DNA of 64,000 bases. It comes from Agathobaculum sp. Its GTDB lineage: Bacteria > Bacillota > Clostridia > Oscillospirales > Butyricicoccaceae. The DNA is taken from contig NZ_JAXEOA010000011.1 of NCBI RefSeq assembly GCF_034098985.1, positions 66,302-130,301 of the forward strand, written 5' to 3'. Position numbers and translations under genes: made by a program. The notes under the pieces are model-generated. The model was given only the letters and a program-made list of their open reading frames with translations. It was not told the origin of the DNA and made no database searches. Each line of letters begins with the position of its first letter. The first letter of the stretch is position 1. This document shows positions 37,412-47,761 of the stretch, one piece after another.

Positions 37412-39592
37412 ATGCAAGATAAATTGGATTTTTTGCTGGAGCGCGTAAAGAAACAAAACCCGCAGGCCAATATCAAGAAGATACGCGCCGCCTATGAGTG
37501 CGCGACCGCCGCGCACGAGGGTCAGAAACGGAAAAACGGCGAGCCGTATATCATCCATCCGGTCTCGGTGGCTGAAATCATTATCGAAATGGGGCTGGAC
37601 ACGGATTCCATCTGCGCCGGCCTGCTGCACGACTGCATTGAGGATACCCAGTTTGGCTACCGAGAGATCGAGAATAAATTCGGCACCCCGGTGGCGGAGT
37701 TGGTCGACGGCGTGACCCGCCTGGGTATGCTGCGCTATTCCAAGGAGCAGGAGCAGTTTGAGGATCTGCGCAAGATGTTTTTGGCGATGGCAAAGGATAT
37801 CCGCGTCATCCTCATCAAGCTGGCCGACCGTCTGCACAACATGCGCACCATCCAATACCTTCCCGAGCGTAAGCAGCGCGACAAAGCGCTCGAAACCATG
37901 GAAATTTACGCACCGATCGCGCACCGTCTCGGTATGCAGCGCGTCAAGTGGGAGCTGGAGGACCTGTCCCTGAAATGTCTGGATCCTATCGGCTACAACG
38001 AGATCGTCGAGGGTCTGCGCGCGCAGAGCGACCAGCATGAAGAGTTTTTACAGGGTATTACCGCGCGCATCAGCGGCAAGCTTAGGGAAGCGGGCATCGA
38101 AAACCATATTTCAGCGCGCGTCAAGCACATTTATTCGATCTACCGCAAAATGTACGCCCAGCATAAGACCATCAATGAGATTTACGATATCTGCGCAGTG
38201 CGCGTGATCGTAGACACTGTGGCAGACTGCTATAACGTGCTCGGCTATGTGCACGATCTGTATAAGCCCATTCCCGGACGCTTTAAGGACTATATTTCAA
38301 CGCCCAAGCCCAATGGCTACCAGTCACTGCACACGACGGTTATCGGCCGCGCGGGCATTCCGTTTGAAATCCAGATCCGCACGGCGGAAATGCACAAAAC
38401 AGCGGAATACGGCGTCGCGGCGCACTGGAAATACAAGCAGGGGCTGGATAAGGCGGGCAACGAGCAGGCTTTCGCGTGGATTCGCCAGCTTCTCGAAGCG
38501 CAGCAGGACACCGAGGCAGAGGATTTCATTAAAAACATCAAGGTCGACCTGTTTGCCGACGAGGTGTTCGTCTTCACGCCCAAAGGGGACGTGGTCAACA
38601 TGCCGGCCGGAGCGACGCCGATCGACCTTGCGTATGCGATCCACTCGGCGGTCGGCAACCGTATGACCGGCTGCAAGGTAAACGGCCGCATCGCGCCGAT
38701 CGACAGCCAGCTCAAAAACGGCGACATCGTCGAGATTTTGACCTCCAAGGAAGCGCGCGGCCCGTCGCGCGATTGGGTCAAGATCGTCAAGACGACCGAG
38801 GCGCGCAATAAGATCAAGCAGTGGTTCAAAAAGGAATGCCGCGAGGAGAACATCGTCAACGGCCGCGACGACCTAGATCGCGAGCTGCGCGCCAATCTGC
38901 TTTATAACGGTTTTTATGAAAACGAGGACGTGCGCAAAAACGCGCTCAACAAGTTTTCTTTCAACACGCTCGACGAGCTTTACGCCGCGATCGGCTACGG
39001 CGGCATCACGCTGACCAAGGTCATTAACAAGATCAAGGACGATGTGGGCCGCATCCGCCGCCAGCATGAGCTGACCGACCGGGTCAACCAGCCGCCGCAG
39101 AGCGAGCCGCGCCGCCCGTCCAAAAGCCATTCGGGCGTCATCGTCGAGGGCATCGATAACTGCTTAGTCAAGTTCGCGCGGTGCTGTACGCCGATCCCGG
39201 GCGATGAGATCGTCGGCTTTGTCACACGTGGATACGGCGTATCCATCCACAGGCGCGACTGCGTCAACGTCCATATCGAGGAGGACCCGGATCGTTGGGT
39301 CAACGCCTGGTGGGACGAGGGGCTGGCGATCAGTGACCGCAGCAGCCGGTTCTCTACCGGCTTGCAGATCTCGACCCGCAGCCGCATCGGCGTACTGAGC
39401 GACGTGACGGCGGTGCTCGCCGCCTGCAAGATCAATGTGCACGAGATTTCGGCGCGCGACCTGAATGATGGCTTTGGCGTGATCAACGCGATGGTCGACG
39501 TGGCGGGCGTGCACCAGCTAGACAATCTCATCAGCCGCCTGCGCTCGATCAAGGGTGTGCTCGATGTGACGCGCACAGTGGATACGAATTAA
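37412..39592 (+). CDS. relA: Bifunctional (p)ppGpp synthetase/hydrolase RelA/SpoT family
   Basis: 726 aa with an HD hydrolase domain (HPVSVAEII...LHDCIEDT), synthetase, TGS and ACT-like domains. Confidence 0.95.
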   Translation: MQDKLDFLLERVKKQNPQANIKKIRAAYECATAAHEGQKRKNGEPYIIHPVSVAEIIIEMGLDTDSICAGLLHDCIEDTQFGYREIENKFGTPVAELVDGVTRLGMLRYSKEQEQFEDLRKMFLAMAKDIRVILIKLADRLHNMRTIQYLPERKQRDKALETMEIYAPIAHRLGMQRVKWELEDLSLKCLDPIGYNEIVEGLRAQSDQHEEFLQGITARISGKLREAGIENHISARVKHIYSIYRKMYAQHKTINEIYDICAVRVIVDTVADCYNVLGYVHDLYKPIPGRFKDYISTPKPNGYQSLHTTVIGRAGIPFEIQIRTAEMHKTAEYGVAAHWKYKQGLDKAGNEQAFAWIRQLLEAQQDTEAEDFIKNIKVDLFADEVFVFTPKGDVVNMPAGATPIDLAYAIHSAVGNRMTGCKVNGRIAPIDSQLKNGDIVEILTSKEARGPSRDWVKIVKTTEARNKIKQWFKKECREENIVNGRDDLDRELRANLLYNGFYENEDVRKNALNKFSFNTLDELYAAIGYGGITLTKVINKIKDDVGRIRRQHELTDRVNQPPQSEPRRPSKSHSGVIVEGIDNCLVKFARCCTPIPGDEIVGFVTRGYGVSIHRRDCVNVHIEEDPDRWVNAWWDEGLAISDRSSRFSTGLQISTRSRIGVLSDVTAVLAACKINVHEISARDLNDGFGVINAMVDVAGVHQLDNLISRLRSIKGVLDVTRTVDTN

Positions 39593-39604
39593 GGGGAACA
39601 GGCA

Positions 39605-40057
39605 ATGAGAGCACTGATTCAGCGTGTGTCGCGCGCGTCGGTCACGATCGGCGGCGTGGTGCGCGGACAGATCGGGCGGGGCTTTTTGGTGCTGCTCGGT
39701 ATCACGGACGGCGACACCGTGGAGGATGCACAGTATCTGGCGGATAAAGCCGTCAAGCTGCGCGTGTTTACCGATGAAAACGATAAAATGAACCGCGCGC
39801 TTGCCGATGTGGACGGCGCGATGCTGGTCGTATCGCAGTTCACGCTGTACGGCGACTGCAAAAAGGGCAACCGGCCGAGCTTTATCCGCGCGGCTCGGCC
39901 GGAGACCGCGGTCCCGCTGTATGAGGCGTATATCGCGCGCTGCCGGGAGAGCGGGCTCAACGTCGAGACCGGCGAGTTTGGAGCGGATATGCAGGTCGAG
40001 CTGCTCAACGACGGCCCGGTGACCCTTTGGATGGACACGGCCGATATGAGAGGATAA
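39605..40057 (+). CDS. dtd: D-aminoacyl-tRNA deacylase
   Basis: [13 protein letters not shown]...[21 protein letters not shown]...GPVTLWMD. Confidence 0.95.
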   Translation: MRALIQRVSRASVTIGGVVRGQIGRGFLVLLGITDGDTVEDAQYLADKAVKLRVFTDENDKMNRALADVDGAMLVVSQFTLYGDCKKGNRPSFIRAARPETAVPLYEAYIARCRESGLNVETGEFGADMQVELLNDGPVTLWMDTADMRG

Positions 40058-40068
40058 GGAGAAGACCC

Positions 40069-40701
40069 ATGAAGATCATTCAGCTTCGTGTCGGCATGGT
40101 CGGCACCAATTGCTATATTGTTTACGATGAGGCGAGCCGCGACGCCGCGGTCATCGATCCGGGAGACAACGCCCCCTCTATTTTAAAAGCGGTGGAGGAG
40201 GAAAACCTCAAAGTGCGCTATGTGCTTTTGACACACGCCCATTTTGACCATATCCTTGCCGCGCACGCGGTGCTGGAGACCACGGGGGCAAAATACGTCG
40301 TGCCCGAGGGCGACACGTGGCTGCTGAAGCGTGAAAACATGGGCGAGTTCCGCGCGTTTGCAAATGGCTATACCGAGGACGCGCCAGATATTTTGGCAGG
40401 CGAGGGTACCAAGGTATCCTTTGGCGGTCTGATCGCCGAATATATGAATACCCCGGGACACACGCCCGGCTCGTCGGTCATCCGAATCGGGGATTGCCTG
40501 TTTACGGGCGACACACTGTTCCGTCATGAATGTGGGCGCTGCGACCTTGAGGGCGGCGATTTTGGGCAAATGCTGGCCTCGCTTAAGCGCCTGCACGACC
40601 TTGAGGGCGATTATAAGGTTCTGCCTGGGCATGAGGGCATTTCGACGCTGGCCGACGAGCGTGCACACAACCCGTATATGCTGCAGGCGACCGGACGATG
40701 A
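40069..40701 (+). CDS. MBL-fold metallo-hydrolase
   Basis: LLTHAHFDHI motif. ATG 40069 follows AAGGAGAAG. Confidence 0.85.
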   Translation: MKIIQLRVGMVGTNCYIVYDEASRDAAVIDPGDNAPSILKAVEEENLKVRYVLLTHAHFDHILAAHAVLETTGAKYVVPEGDTWLLKRENMGEFRAFANGYTEDAPDILAGEGTKVSFGGLIAEYMNTPGHTPGSSVIRIGDCLFTGDTLFRHECGRCDLEGGDFGQMLASLKRLHDLEGDYKVLPGHEGISTLADERAHNPYMLQATGR

Positions 40702-42164
40702 TCTATATTCTGCAAGGGCACGAGCTTAAGCACGCGGCCGAGGAAATGCTGTTCCATCTGCTGCCCACGCAGACGCTTTCACGCGGCCCGTCGGTTCCGG
40801 AAGACGGGGATTACTGCCTTTCTTCGCTCATCGAACGGGACGGCGCCGTAACCGTTCGCGCGGAAACGAGATTAGACGGCGTTACGCGCTATTCCGTACA
40901 GCAGGCACCGGTTGACGGTCTCGATGCGCTTTCGCGGAAGCGCGCTGATACCGAACTGGTAAAGCTGACGATTTATGAATCTGTGGTTCCGGCACTGCGG
41001 CAAGCGCCTGTTTGGGGGGCTTTGACCGGCGTGCGTCCGGCCAAGCTCGCGCGGGGGCTGATCGAACGCGGTATGAGCCGTGGCGAGACAGCCCAGCATC
41101 TGCGCGGGCATTTTTTCGTTTCTCCCGCCCGCGCCGCGCTGGCCATTCGCGCCGCCACGACTGCCATTGAGCTGGACCGGCGCATCGGGCCGCAGGACGT
41201 CTCGCTGTATGTGGGTATCCCATTTTGCCCGTCTCGCTGCTATTACTGTTCGTTCGTCTCATCGACGACAGCGCAGTCGGGGCATTTGATCGAGCCTTAT
41301 CTGGACGCGCTGTGCCAAGAGATTGAAGAGACTGCCGCGCTTCTCCGCGAGGCGGGCAAACGGGTGCAGAGCGTGTATATCGGCGGCGGTACGCCCACCA
41401 CGCTGTCCGAGACACAGCTTGCGCGGCTGCTGGATGTGCTTTCTCGCGCGTTTGATTTTTCCGCGCTTTGTGAATATACTGTGGAAGCGGGCCGGCCGGA
41501 TACGATCACCCGCGGTAAGCTGCGGACGCTTCGAACGGCAGGCGTCGGCCGCGTCAGCATCAACCCGCAGTCGATGGATGATCAGGTGCTCGCACAGATC
41601 GGGCGGAAACACTCGGCGGACGATGTGCTGCGCGCGTTCGCGCAGGCGAGGGAGGCTGGATTTGGCATCGTGAATATGGATGTGATCGCCGGCCTTTCGG
41701 GCGATTCGGCGGACAGCTTCGCCCGGACGGTCGAACGGCTAATCGAGCTTTCGCCGGAAAATATCACCGTGCACACGCTTGCCATCAAGCGCGGCGCTGA
41801 TCTGACCGACAAAGCCGCCGCCTCCGCGCAGCGGCAGACGGTATCCGCTATGCTGGACAGTGCTAACAACGCGCTTCAAATGGCTGGATATGGGCCATAC
41901 TACTTGTATCGGCAGAAATTCACGGCCGGAGGCTTTGAGAATGTCGGCTGGTGCAAGGCGGATACCGCGTGCTTTTACAATGTCGCGATGATGGAAGAAC
42001 TGCAAACCATCCTGTCGCTCGGCGCGGGCGGCGTATCCAAGCGCGTCGACCGGGGCACCGGATGGATCGAACGTTTCAACAATCCCAAGTACCCGCTGGA
42101 ATATATCCGGGCGGGGGACCGCCTGACGGCGGGGAAACGAAAGCTGCTGTTGCCCGCACCATAG
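40698..42164 (+). CDS. hemZ: Radical SAM coproporphyrinogen dehydrogenase HemZ-like protein
   Basis: Radical SAM CxxxCxxC (GIPFCPSRCYYCSF), ~490 aa with a HemZ-like N-terminal extension. ATGA overlap with the upstream gene. Confidence 0.8.
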   Translation: MIYILQGHELKHAAEEMLFHLLPTQTLSRGPSVPEDGDYCLSSLIERDGAVTVRAETRLDGVTRYSVQQAPVDGLDALSRKRADTELVKLTIYESVVPALRQAPVWGALTGVRPAKLARGLIERGMSRGETAQHLRGHFFVSPARAALAIRAATTAIELDRRIGPQDVSLYVGIPFCPSRCYYCSFVSSTTAQSGHLIEPYLDALCQEIEETAALLREAGKRVQSVYIGGGTPTTLSETQLARLLDVLSRAFDFSALCEYTVEAGRPDTITRGKLRTLRTAGVGRVSINPQSMDDQVLAQIGRKHSADDVLRAFAQAREAGFGIVNMDVIAGLSGDSADSFARTVERLIELSPENITVHTLAIKRGADLTDKAAASAQRQTVSAMLDSANNALQMAGYGPYYLYRQKFTAGGFENVGWCKADTACFYNVAMMEELQTILSLGAGGVSKRVDRGTGWIERFNNPKYPLEYIRAGDRLTAGKRKLLLPAP

Positions 42165-42180
42165 AGAAGGAGGGAGTATT

Positions 42181-43104
42181 ATGGCAGAATTTACGCTCAA
42201 ATATATCAACCACCGCGCGCACTATGAAGCGGCTGCGTTTATCATGGACTGCGAAACCCATTACCGGAAACAGGTTTCCATGGTGGCGGATGAGATCGCT
42301 GCGAACAGCAGCCAAAAGCCAATCGTGCTGCTTAACGGGCCATCTTCGAGCGGTAAGACAACGACCAACGACCGCCTATGCCGCGCGCTCGAACGCCGCG
42401 GCATTCACGCGGAGACCATCTCGATGGATGATTACTACCGTACAGTCGGCACCTATGAGGTGCCGCGCGATACCGAAAACGACGTGCCAGATCTGGAAAG
42501 CCCCGAGTGCATGAATCTGCCGCTGCTGAGCCAGCATCTGGCGCGGCTGGCGGCGGGAGAGGAGATCGAGGTGCCGCGGTTTGACTTTGAAACGCGCACC
42601 TTTATCCCGGACACGCGGGCGCTGCGCCTCGACCCGGATGAGGTCGTGCTCATCGAAGGCATCCATGCGTTTAACCCGGTCATCATGGGCGATCTCGCGC
42701 ACGCGGCGACCAGCGTTTACCTGTCGGTCGCAAGCACGGTGGTGCCGCAGGAGGGGGCAAGGCTAGAGCCTTATATGCTGCGCTTCCTGCGCCGCGCACT
42801 GCGGGACCGGCTGTTCCGCAACTCTCCGGTTGCGGAGACGCTGGGGCAATGGAAGTCGGTGCGTCGGGGCGAACGGCTCTATATCCGGCCTTTCCGCGGC
42901 CAGGCAAATCTGACGGTAGATACCTTTTTGCCCTATGAAATCTGTATTTTGATGCAGAAATTATCGGATGATCTTCAAAACCAGCAGGAAGCACTGCAAA
43001 AGGCCGATTTGGCCCCTGTTTATGCGGTTCTGGGTAATATCGAGCCCATTGAGTACAAAAACATCATCCCGGAAGACTCGGTTCTGCATGAGTTCATCGG
43101 CTAA
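42181..43104 (+). CDS. Uridine-kinase-family P-loop nucleoside kinase
   Basis: P-loop LLNGPSSSGKTTT and a PRK/udk-like layout. SD is GAAGGAGGGAG. Confidence 0.7.
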   Translation: MAEFTLKYINHRAHYEAAAFIMDCETHYRKQVSMVADEIAANSSQKPIVLLNGPSSSGKTTTNDRLCRALERRGIHAETISMDDYYRTVGTYEVPRDTENDVPDLESPECMNLPLLSQHLARLAAGEEIEVPRFDFETRTFIPDTRALRLDPDEVVLIEGIHAFNPVIMGDLAHAATSVYLSVASTVVPQEGARLEPYMLRFLRRALRDRLFRNSPVAETLGQWKSVRRGERLYIRPFRGQANLTVDTFLPYEICILMQKLSDDLQNQQEALQKADLAPVYAVLGNIEPIEYKNIIPEDSVLHEFIG

Positions 43105-43203
43105 AAAGGCCGCAAAGCCGCATTATAGCTTGCTTTTTGGCAAGTGTTGATTTATAATAAGGCCAATGTCAGGCGATAGGAACGCCGAAAGGAGCGACAC
43201 GCG

Positions 43204-43596
43204 ATGGACGCAACCGTACAGACCTTGCTGGACAAGATCAGAGTCGTCGCGGACAAAACCAGCAAAGCGGCAGGCCGCGCGGCGGACGCCGCAGGCAAAA
43301 AAGCCACCGAGCTGGCAAGCGCGACCCGCATCAACCTGCAAATTTTTGATTTAAATACCGAATGCGAGGTGCTCTATAAGGAGATCGGCAGGATGGTGTA
43401 CGAGGTGCACCAAGGCGCTGAGATCGCAAACGATGAGATCGACGGCCGCATCGGGCAGGTCGATGAAAAGCAGGCAAAGATTGCTTCTCTCCGCGAGGAG
43501 CTGTCCGGCATGAAGTCGTTTGTCACCTGCCCGAGCTGCGGCAGGCAATGCAGCAAGGATGATTCTTTCTGCTCCAGCTGCGGCGGCGCGCTGTAA
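43204..43596 (+). CDS. Zinc-ribbon domain protein
   Basis: Coiled-coil-like N-terminus with C-terminal CPSCGRQCSKDDSFCSSCG. Confidence 0.7.
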   Translation: MDATVQTLLDKIRVVADKTSKAAGRAADAAGKKATELASATRINLQIFDLNTECEVLYKEIGRMVYEVHQGAEIANDEIDGRIGQVDEKQAKIASLREELSGMKSFVTCPSCGRQCSKDDSFCSSCGGAL

Positions 43597-43661
43597 AAGC
43601 GCATATTTTGCATCGCCCGGCCATACGGTTAGTAACAGATTAGACGAAGGGCGTGCATAGC

Positions 43662-45248
43662 TTGCAGCGTAAAAAACAGAACTTTATCCAAGGCGCGATG
43701 ATTTTGGTGATTGCAAGCGCACTTGTTAAAATTATCGGCGCGTTTTATAAGATCCCGCTTAAAAATATTGTTGGCAGCGAGGGTATGGGCCTGTTTTCTG
43801 TTGCTTACCAGTTATACAATGTGATGCTGGTGGTCGCAACGGTTGGGCTGCCCGTTGCGCTGTCCAAAATGGTCGCCGAGGCGGTCACGCTGGGCAAGAT
43901 GCGCGAGGTGCGCCGCATCGTCAAGGTTGGCGCCGCGGTCTTTGTGCCGATCGGCGTGGTTTGCTCGGTGTTGCTGTTCGCGTTTGCGGAGCCGCTCGCT
44001 GTTGCATTCGGCAACGGGGATGCAGCGCTCGCCGTGGTCGCGATTGCGCCGAGCGTGCTGCTGGTCGCGGTCATTTCGGTATTTCGCGGGTATTACCAAG
44101 GCCTTTCCAACATGGTGCCGACCGCGGTTTCGCAGGTCATTGAAGCGCTGTGCAAGCTGTGCATCGGTCTGGTATTAGCCTCGATGGCGCTCCGGCGGGG
44201 CATGGCTATGCCGGTCGTCGCCGCGATGGCGATTCTGGGCGTTACGCTCGGCGAAGCGTTTTCCGCGCTTTACCTGATCGTCCGTTCTCTGTTCGCCCGG
44301 ACGAAAGAACGCGCACCCGTCCTGAACGACAGCATGCGCTCGTGGAAAGAGCTTGTGAAAACGCTGCTCATGCTGGCCATTCCGGTAACGGTGAGTAATT
44401 CGGTCATGAGCCTGACCAACCTGATCGATACCGCGCTCGTCATGAACCGGCTGCAGGACGTGGGACTCAGTCAGGTGGCAGCCACCGAACTGTATGGCAT
44501 CTATAACACGATGCCGGTCGCTCTGTTCGGCTTGCCGCAGACGCTTATCACTGCGCTTTCTGTCAGCATCCTGCCTGCGGTAGCAGGTGCGGTCGCCGCA
44601 CAGAATTTCACCAAAGCCAGCAAGACCATCGGCACTTCGCTTCGGCTGGGCATGCTGATCTCGCTGCCGGCCGGCGTTGGGCTTGGCGTCCTTGCCGGGC
44701 CGATCCTGCGCCTGCTGTATTCAAAGGATACGGTCGCCGCCACGCCCATGCTTCAGATTCTCAGCGTCGCGGTCCCGTTTGTCGCAGTCGTTGCGCTGAC
44801 CAATTCGATCCTACAAGGGCTGGGACGGGCCGATCTATCGCTTATCAGCATGTTTGTCGGCGCGATGCTCAAGCTGATTTCTGAATATCAGCTGCTGGGC
44901 AACCCGGATGTGCAGATCCTCGGCGCGCCGGTTAGCACGGTGCTGTGCTATTTTGCCGTTGTCATCGTCAATATCGTGAATATCGGCAGGCTGTCCGGCG
45001 CGCTGCCGCCGTTGTCCGGCACGGTGCTGCGTCCGCTGGCCGCTGCGGCCGGTATGGGGGCGTGCGCCTATATCCTGCACACAGTGCTGGCGGGCGTCGC
45101 CGGCGATACACTCGCTACGATCGGCGCGATCTGCATCGCGGCTGCCGTTTATCTGGTGTTGCTGCTGTTGCTGCGCGCGGTTGACCGGGACGATGTGCTG
45201 CTTTTGCCATATGGCCAAAAAATTGCGGACGTTTTGCGTCTGCGTTGA
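43662..45248 (+). CDS. MOP/MurJ-superfamily flippase (SpoVB / YabM-like)
   Basis: Polytopic, with N-terminus (M)QRKKQNFIQGAMILVIASALVKIIGAFYKIPL. It sits ahead of mazG as in the B. subtilis yabM block. TTG 43662 lies 10 nt after GAAGGG; the ORF-track GTG is at 43653. Confidence 0.8.
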   Translation: MQRKKQNFIQGAMILVIASALVKIIGAFYKIPLKNIVGSEGMGLFSVAYQLYNVMLVVATVGLPVALSKMVAEAVTLGKMREVRRIVKVGAAVFVPIGVVCSVLLFAFAEPLAVAFGNGDAALAVVAIAPSVLLVAVISVFRGYYQGLSNMVPTAVSQVIEALCKLCIGLVLASMALRRGMAMPVVAAMAILGVTLGEAFSALYLIVRSLFARTKERAPVLNDSMRSWKELVKTLLMLAIPVTVSNSVMSLTNLIDTALVMNRLQDVGLSQVAATELYGIYNTMPVALFGLPQTLITALSVSILPAVAGAVAAQNFTKASKTIGTSLRLGMLISLPAGVGLGVLAGPILRLLYSKDTVAATPMLQILSVAVPFVAVVALTNSILQGLGRADLSLISMFVGAMLKLISEYQLLGNPDVQILGAPVSTVLCYFAVVIVNIVNIGRLSGALPPLSGTVLRPLAAAAGMGACAYILHTVLAGVAGDTLATIGAICIAAAVYLVLLLLLRAVDRDDVLLLPYGQKIADVLRLR

Positions 45249-45263
45249 CAGGGAAGTATATAA

Positions 45264-46052
45264 ATGGTTGATTTTCAGCAGAAAGATAAATATGATTTTA
45301 ACGACCTGCTCCGCATCATGGAGATCCTGCGTGCGCCGGATGGCTGCATGTGGGATCGCGAGCAGGATCACCACACGATTCGCCGCAATTTTATTGAGGA
45401 GACTTACGAAGTCTGCGAGGCGATTGACGAAGAGGACGCCGAGCACCTCAAAGAGGAATTGGGCGACGTGCTACTCCAAGTCGTGTTTCACACGGAGATG
45501 GAGCGGGAAAAGGGCGTTTTTGACATTGGCGACGTGGCGGACGGCATCTGCAAAAAGCTGATCTATCGCCACCCGCATATTTTTGCAAATACTGAGGTTT
45601 CGTCGTCTGACGAGATCCTCAGCAACTGGGACAAGCTCAAGCGCCGCGAAAAGCATCAGGAGACGGATACCGATGCGCTGCAAAGCGTGGCGCGGTCGCT
45701 GCCCGGCCTGATACGCGCCGAAAAGCTTCAGAAGAAAGCCGCCAAGGTCGGCTTCGACTGGAACGGCGTCGAAGGCGCTTTGGATAAAGTCACTGAGGAA
45801 CTGGACGAGGTGCGCCAAGCAATGGCGGGACAGGGGGACGTTGAGGAAGAACTCGGCGATCTGCTGTTTTCAGCCGTTAACGTGGCGCGGTTCGCGAAAG
45901 TCGACCCGGAACGGGCGCTGGAAAAGTCCAGCGATAAATTTATCCGCCGGTTTGCGCAAATGGAAAAGCTGGCGGCCGAACAAGGCAAGGTGCTGTCTGA
46001 TCTGAGCCTTTCAGAGATGGACTCGCTTTGGAATATATCGAAAAAGATATAA
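45264..46052 (+). CDS. mazG: Nucleoside triphosphate pyrophosphohydrolase MazG
   Basis: Tandem MazG domains: EETYEVCEAIDEED...EELGDVLLQVVFH and TEELDEV...EELGDLLFSAVNVARF. Confidence 0.9.
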   Translation: MVDFQQKDKYDFNDLLRIMEILRAPDGCMWDREQDHHTIRRNFIEETYEVCEAIDEEDAEHLKEELGDVLLQVVFHTEMEREKGVFDIGDVADGICKKLIYRHPHIFANTEVSSSDEILSNWDKLKRREKHQETDTDALQSVARSLPGLIRAEKLQKKAAKVGFDWNGVEGALDKVTEELDEVRQAMAGQGDVEEELGDLLFSAVNVARFAKVDPERALEKSSDKFIRRFAQMEKLAAEQGKVLSDLSLSEMDSLWNISKKI

Positions 46053-46067
46053 ACGGAGGTAAAAAAC

Positions 46068-46346
46068 ATGAAAAAGAGCGATTTTGTGACCCTGGTAGCC
46101 GAGAAGACAGGCATGTCGAAGAAGGACACTGAGAAGACGATCGACGCTGTTTTCGCGGCGATGAGCGACGTTCTGGCCGAGGGCGACAAGCTGCAGATGA
46201 GCGGCTTCGGCACTTTTGAGACCAAAACCCGCGCTGCCCGCACCGGTCACAATCCGCGCACTGGCGAATCTATCGAGATCGCTGCTGCCACCATCCCGAC
46301 ATTCAAGCCTGGTAAGGCGCTGAAGGACAGAGTCAACGCCAAGTGA
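46068..46346 (+). CDS. hup: HU family DNA-binding protein
   Basis: MKKSDFVTLVAEKTGMSKKDTEKTIDAVF...FGTFETKTRAARTGHNPRTGESIEIAA. Confidence 0.95.
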   Translation: MKKSDFVTLVAEKTGMSKKDTEKTIDAVFAAMSDVLAEGDKLQMSGFGTFETKTRAARTGHNPRTGESIEIAAATIPTFKPGKALKDRVNAK

Positions 46347-46588
46347 GACTGGATAAATACCTAAAGGTATCCCGGCTTATCAAACGTCGCACGGTTGCGA
46401 ACGACGCGTGCGACGCTGCGCGCATCACGGTGAACGATAAGCCGGCCAAGGCCTCCTATCAGGTCAAGGTCGGCGACGTAATCGAGATCGCGTTCGGCCA
46501 GCGCACCGTCAAGGTGGAGGTGCTCGGACTATCCGAGCACGCGCTCAAAGCGGACGCGGCGGCTATGTACCGAGAGCTTCAGTCATAA
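46343..46588 (+). CDS. RNA-binding S4 domain protein (YabO-like)
   Basis: (M)RLDKYLKVSRLIKRRTVANDACDAARITVNDKPAK. GTG 46343 overlaps the hup stop. Confidence 0.85.
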   Translation: MRLDKYLKVSRLIKRRTVANDACDAARITVNDKPAKASYQVKVGDVIEIAFGQRTVKVEVLGLSEHALKADAAAMYRELQS

Positions 46589-46652
46589 AATATCCCGCTC
46601 CATCGTATGATGAATGGAGCGGGACGTTTTATTTTAAGGGAGGTCATGGTGC

Positions 46653-46937
46653 ATGGCAGGCGAAGAACGCATGAAAGATATGCCGCATACGATCATTCTG
46701 GAGGGACGGGAAAAGCTGTCTGTCTCCGGCGTGATCGATGTGCAGAGCTTTGATGAAGAGCAGGTGCTGCTCGAAACCGTGCGCGGTATGCTCGTCGTGC
46801 GGGGACAAGGGCTGCATGTCGAGCGGCTGCAGCTCGAAGCGGGCGAGCTGATCGTAGAGGGGGAGGTCGGCTGCTTAGAATATGACGACAGCGTGCAGCC
46901 AAGGGGCGGCTGGCTGTCGCGGCTGTTCGGCAGGTGA
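46653..46937 (+). CDS. yabP: Sporulation protein YabP
   Basis: HTIILEGREKLSVSGVIDVQSFDEEQVLLETVRGMLVVRGQGLHVERL. An alternative ATG lies at 46671. Confidence 0.85.
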   Translation: MAGEERMKDMPHTIILEGREKLSVSGVIDVQSFDEEQVLLETVRGMLVVRGQGLHVERLQLEAGELIVEGEVGCLEYDDSVQPRGGWLSRLFGR

Positions 46938-46944
46938 GCGGCCT

Positions 46945-47400
46945 ATGTTTTTGCCGCTTCAGGAGCAGGCGCTCACAGTGCTGCAAAGCGTGTTGCTAGG
47001 TGTGGGGATCGGATTTTACTATGATGTGCTACGGGCATTCCGGCGGCATGTGCGCGCGGGCGCGGCACTGACCGCGCTGTGCGACGCACTGTTCTGGCTC
47101 GGCCTGCTCGCCGCTCTGTTTGAGTTCAGCCTGGTGTTCGCGCCCGGGCAGAACCGGTATTATGTGCTCGCGGGCGCGGCTGTCGGCGGGCTTTTGTATT
47201 TTGCCCTGCCAAGCGAGTTGGTGCTCGGCCTGCTCAGCCTCGTTCTGGACGCGCTGTCGTTTGTCCGTAAAAAGATCGTGCAGGCTGCACGCTGGGTGCG
47301 CGCGCTGGCAGTACGGCTTGAGATACGCAAAAAAATTCGGGGATTTGTAAAAAAGTTTGAAAAAAGCTCTTCCATTTTTCGCAAAAAGGGTATAAAATAA
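46945..47400 (+). CDS. yabQ: Spore cortex biosynthesis protein YabQ
   Basis: MFLPLQEQALTVLQSVLLGVGIGFYYDVLRAFRR. Membrane protein directly after yabP. Confidence 0.75.
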   Translation: MFLPLQEQALTVLQSVLLGVGIGFYYDVLRAFRRHVRAGAALTALCDALFWLGLLAALFEFSLVFAPGQNRYYVLAGAAVGGLLYFALPSELVLGLLSLVLDALSFVRKKIVQAARWVRALAVRLEIRKKIRGFVKKFEKSSSIFRKKGIK

Positions 47401-47447
47401 TAGCCGTATCAGTTGAAAAGTGTGGACTGGAGCGAGGTGAGCGCAGC

Positions 47448-47729
47448 ATGACGAAAAGGCAAATGCCTTGGCTGGTCAAGATAGCCATGCTGGCGTTTCT
47501 GCTTTACGCAGTTGTCACGATTGTCAACTTGCACGCGCAGATTGCGGAAAAGAAAGCGCAGCTTGGCACGCTGGACAGGCGGGTTGAGGAATACCAGGCG
47601 TCGAATGACGCGGTGCGCGAGGAGCTGAAAGGCGGCGTTTCGGATGAGGATATCAGCGAGATTGCCCGCACGGAGCTCGGCTATGCGGAGCCAGGCGAGC
47701 GTGTCTTTGTCGACACGTCGAGCAGATAG
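47448..47729 (+). CDS. divIC: Septum formation initiator family protein (FtsB/DivIC)
   Basis: Single TM segment, then a coiled coil (AQIAEKKAQLGTLDRRVEEYQASNDAV) and ARTELGYAEPGERVF. Confidence 0.8.
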   Translation: MTKRQMPWLVKIAMLAFLLYAVVTIVNLHAQIAEKKAQLGTLDRRVEEYQASNDAVREELKGGVSDEDISEIARTELGYAEPGERVFVDTSSR

Positions 47730-47761
47730 GTAAACCAAATAACGGAGGCAAAACAATTTAT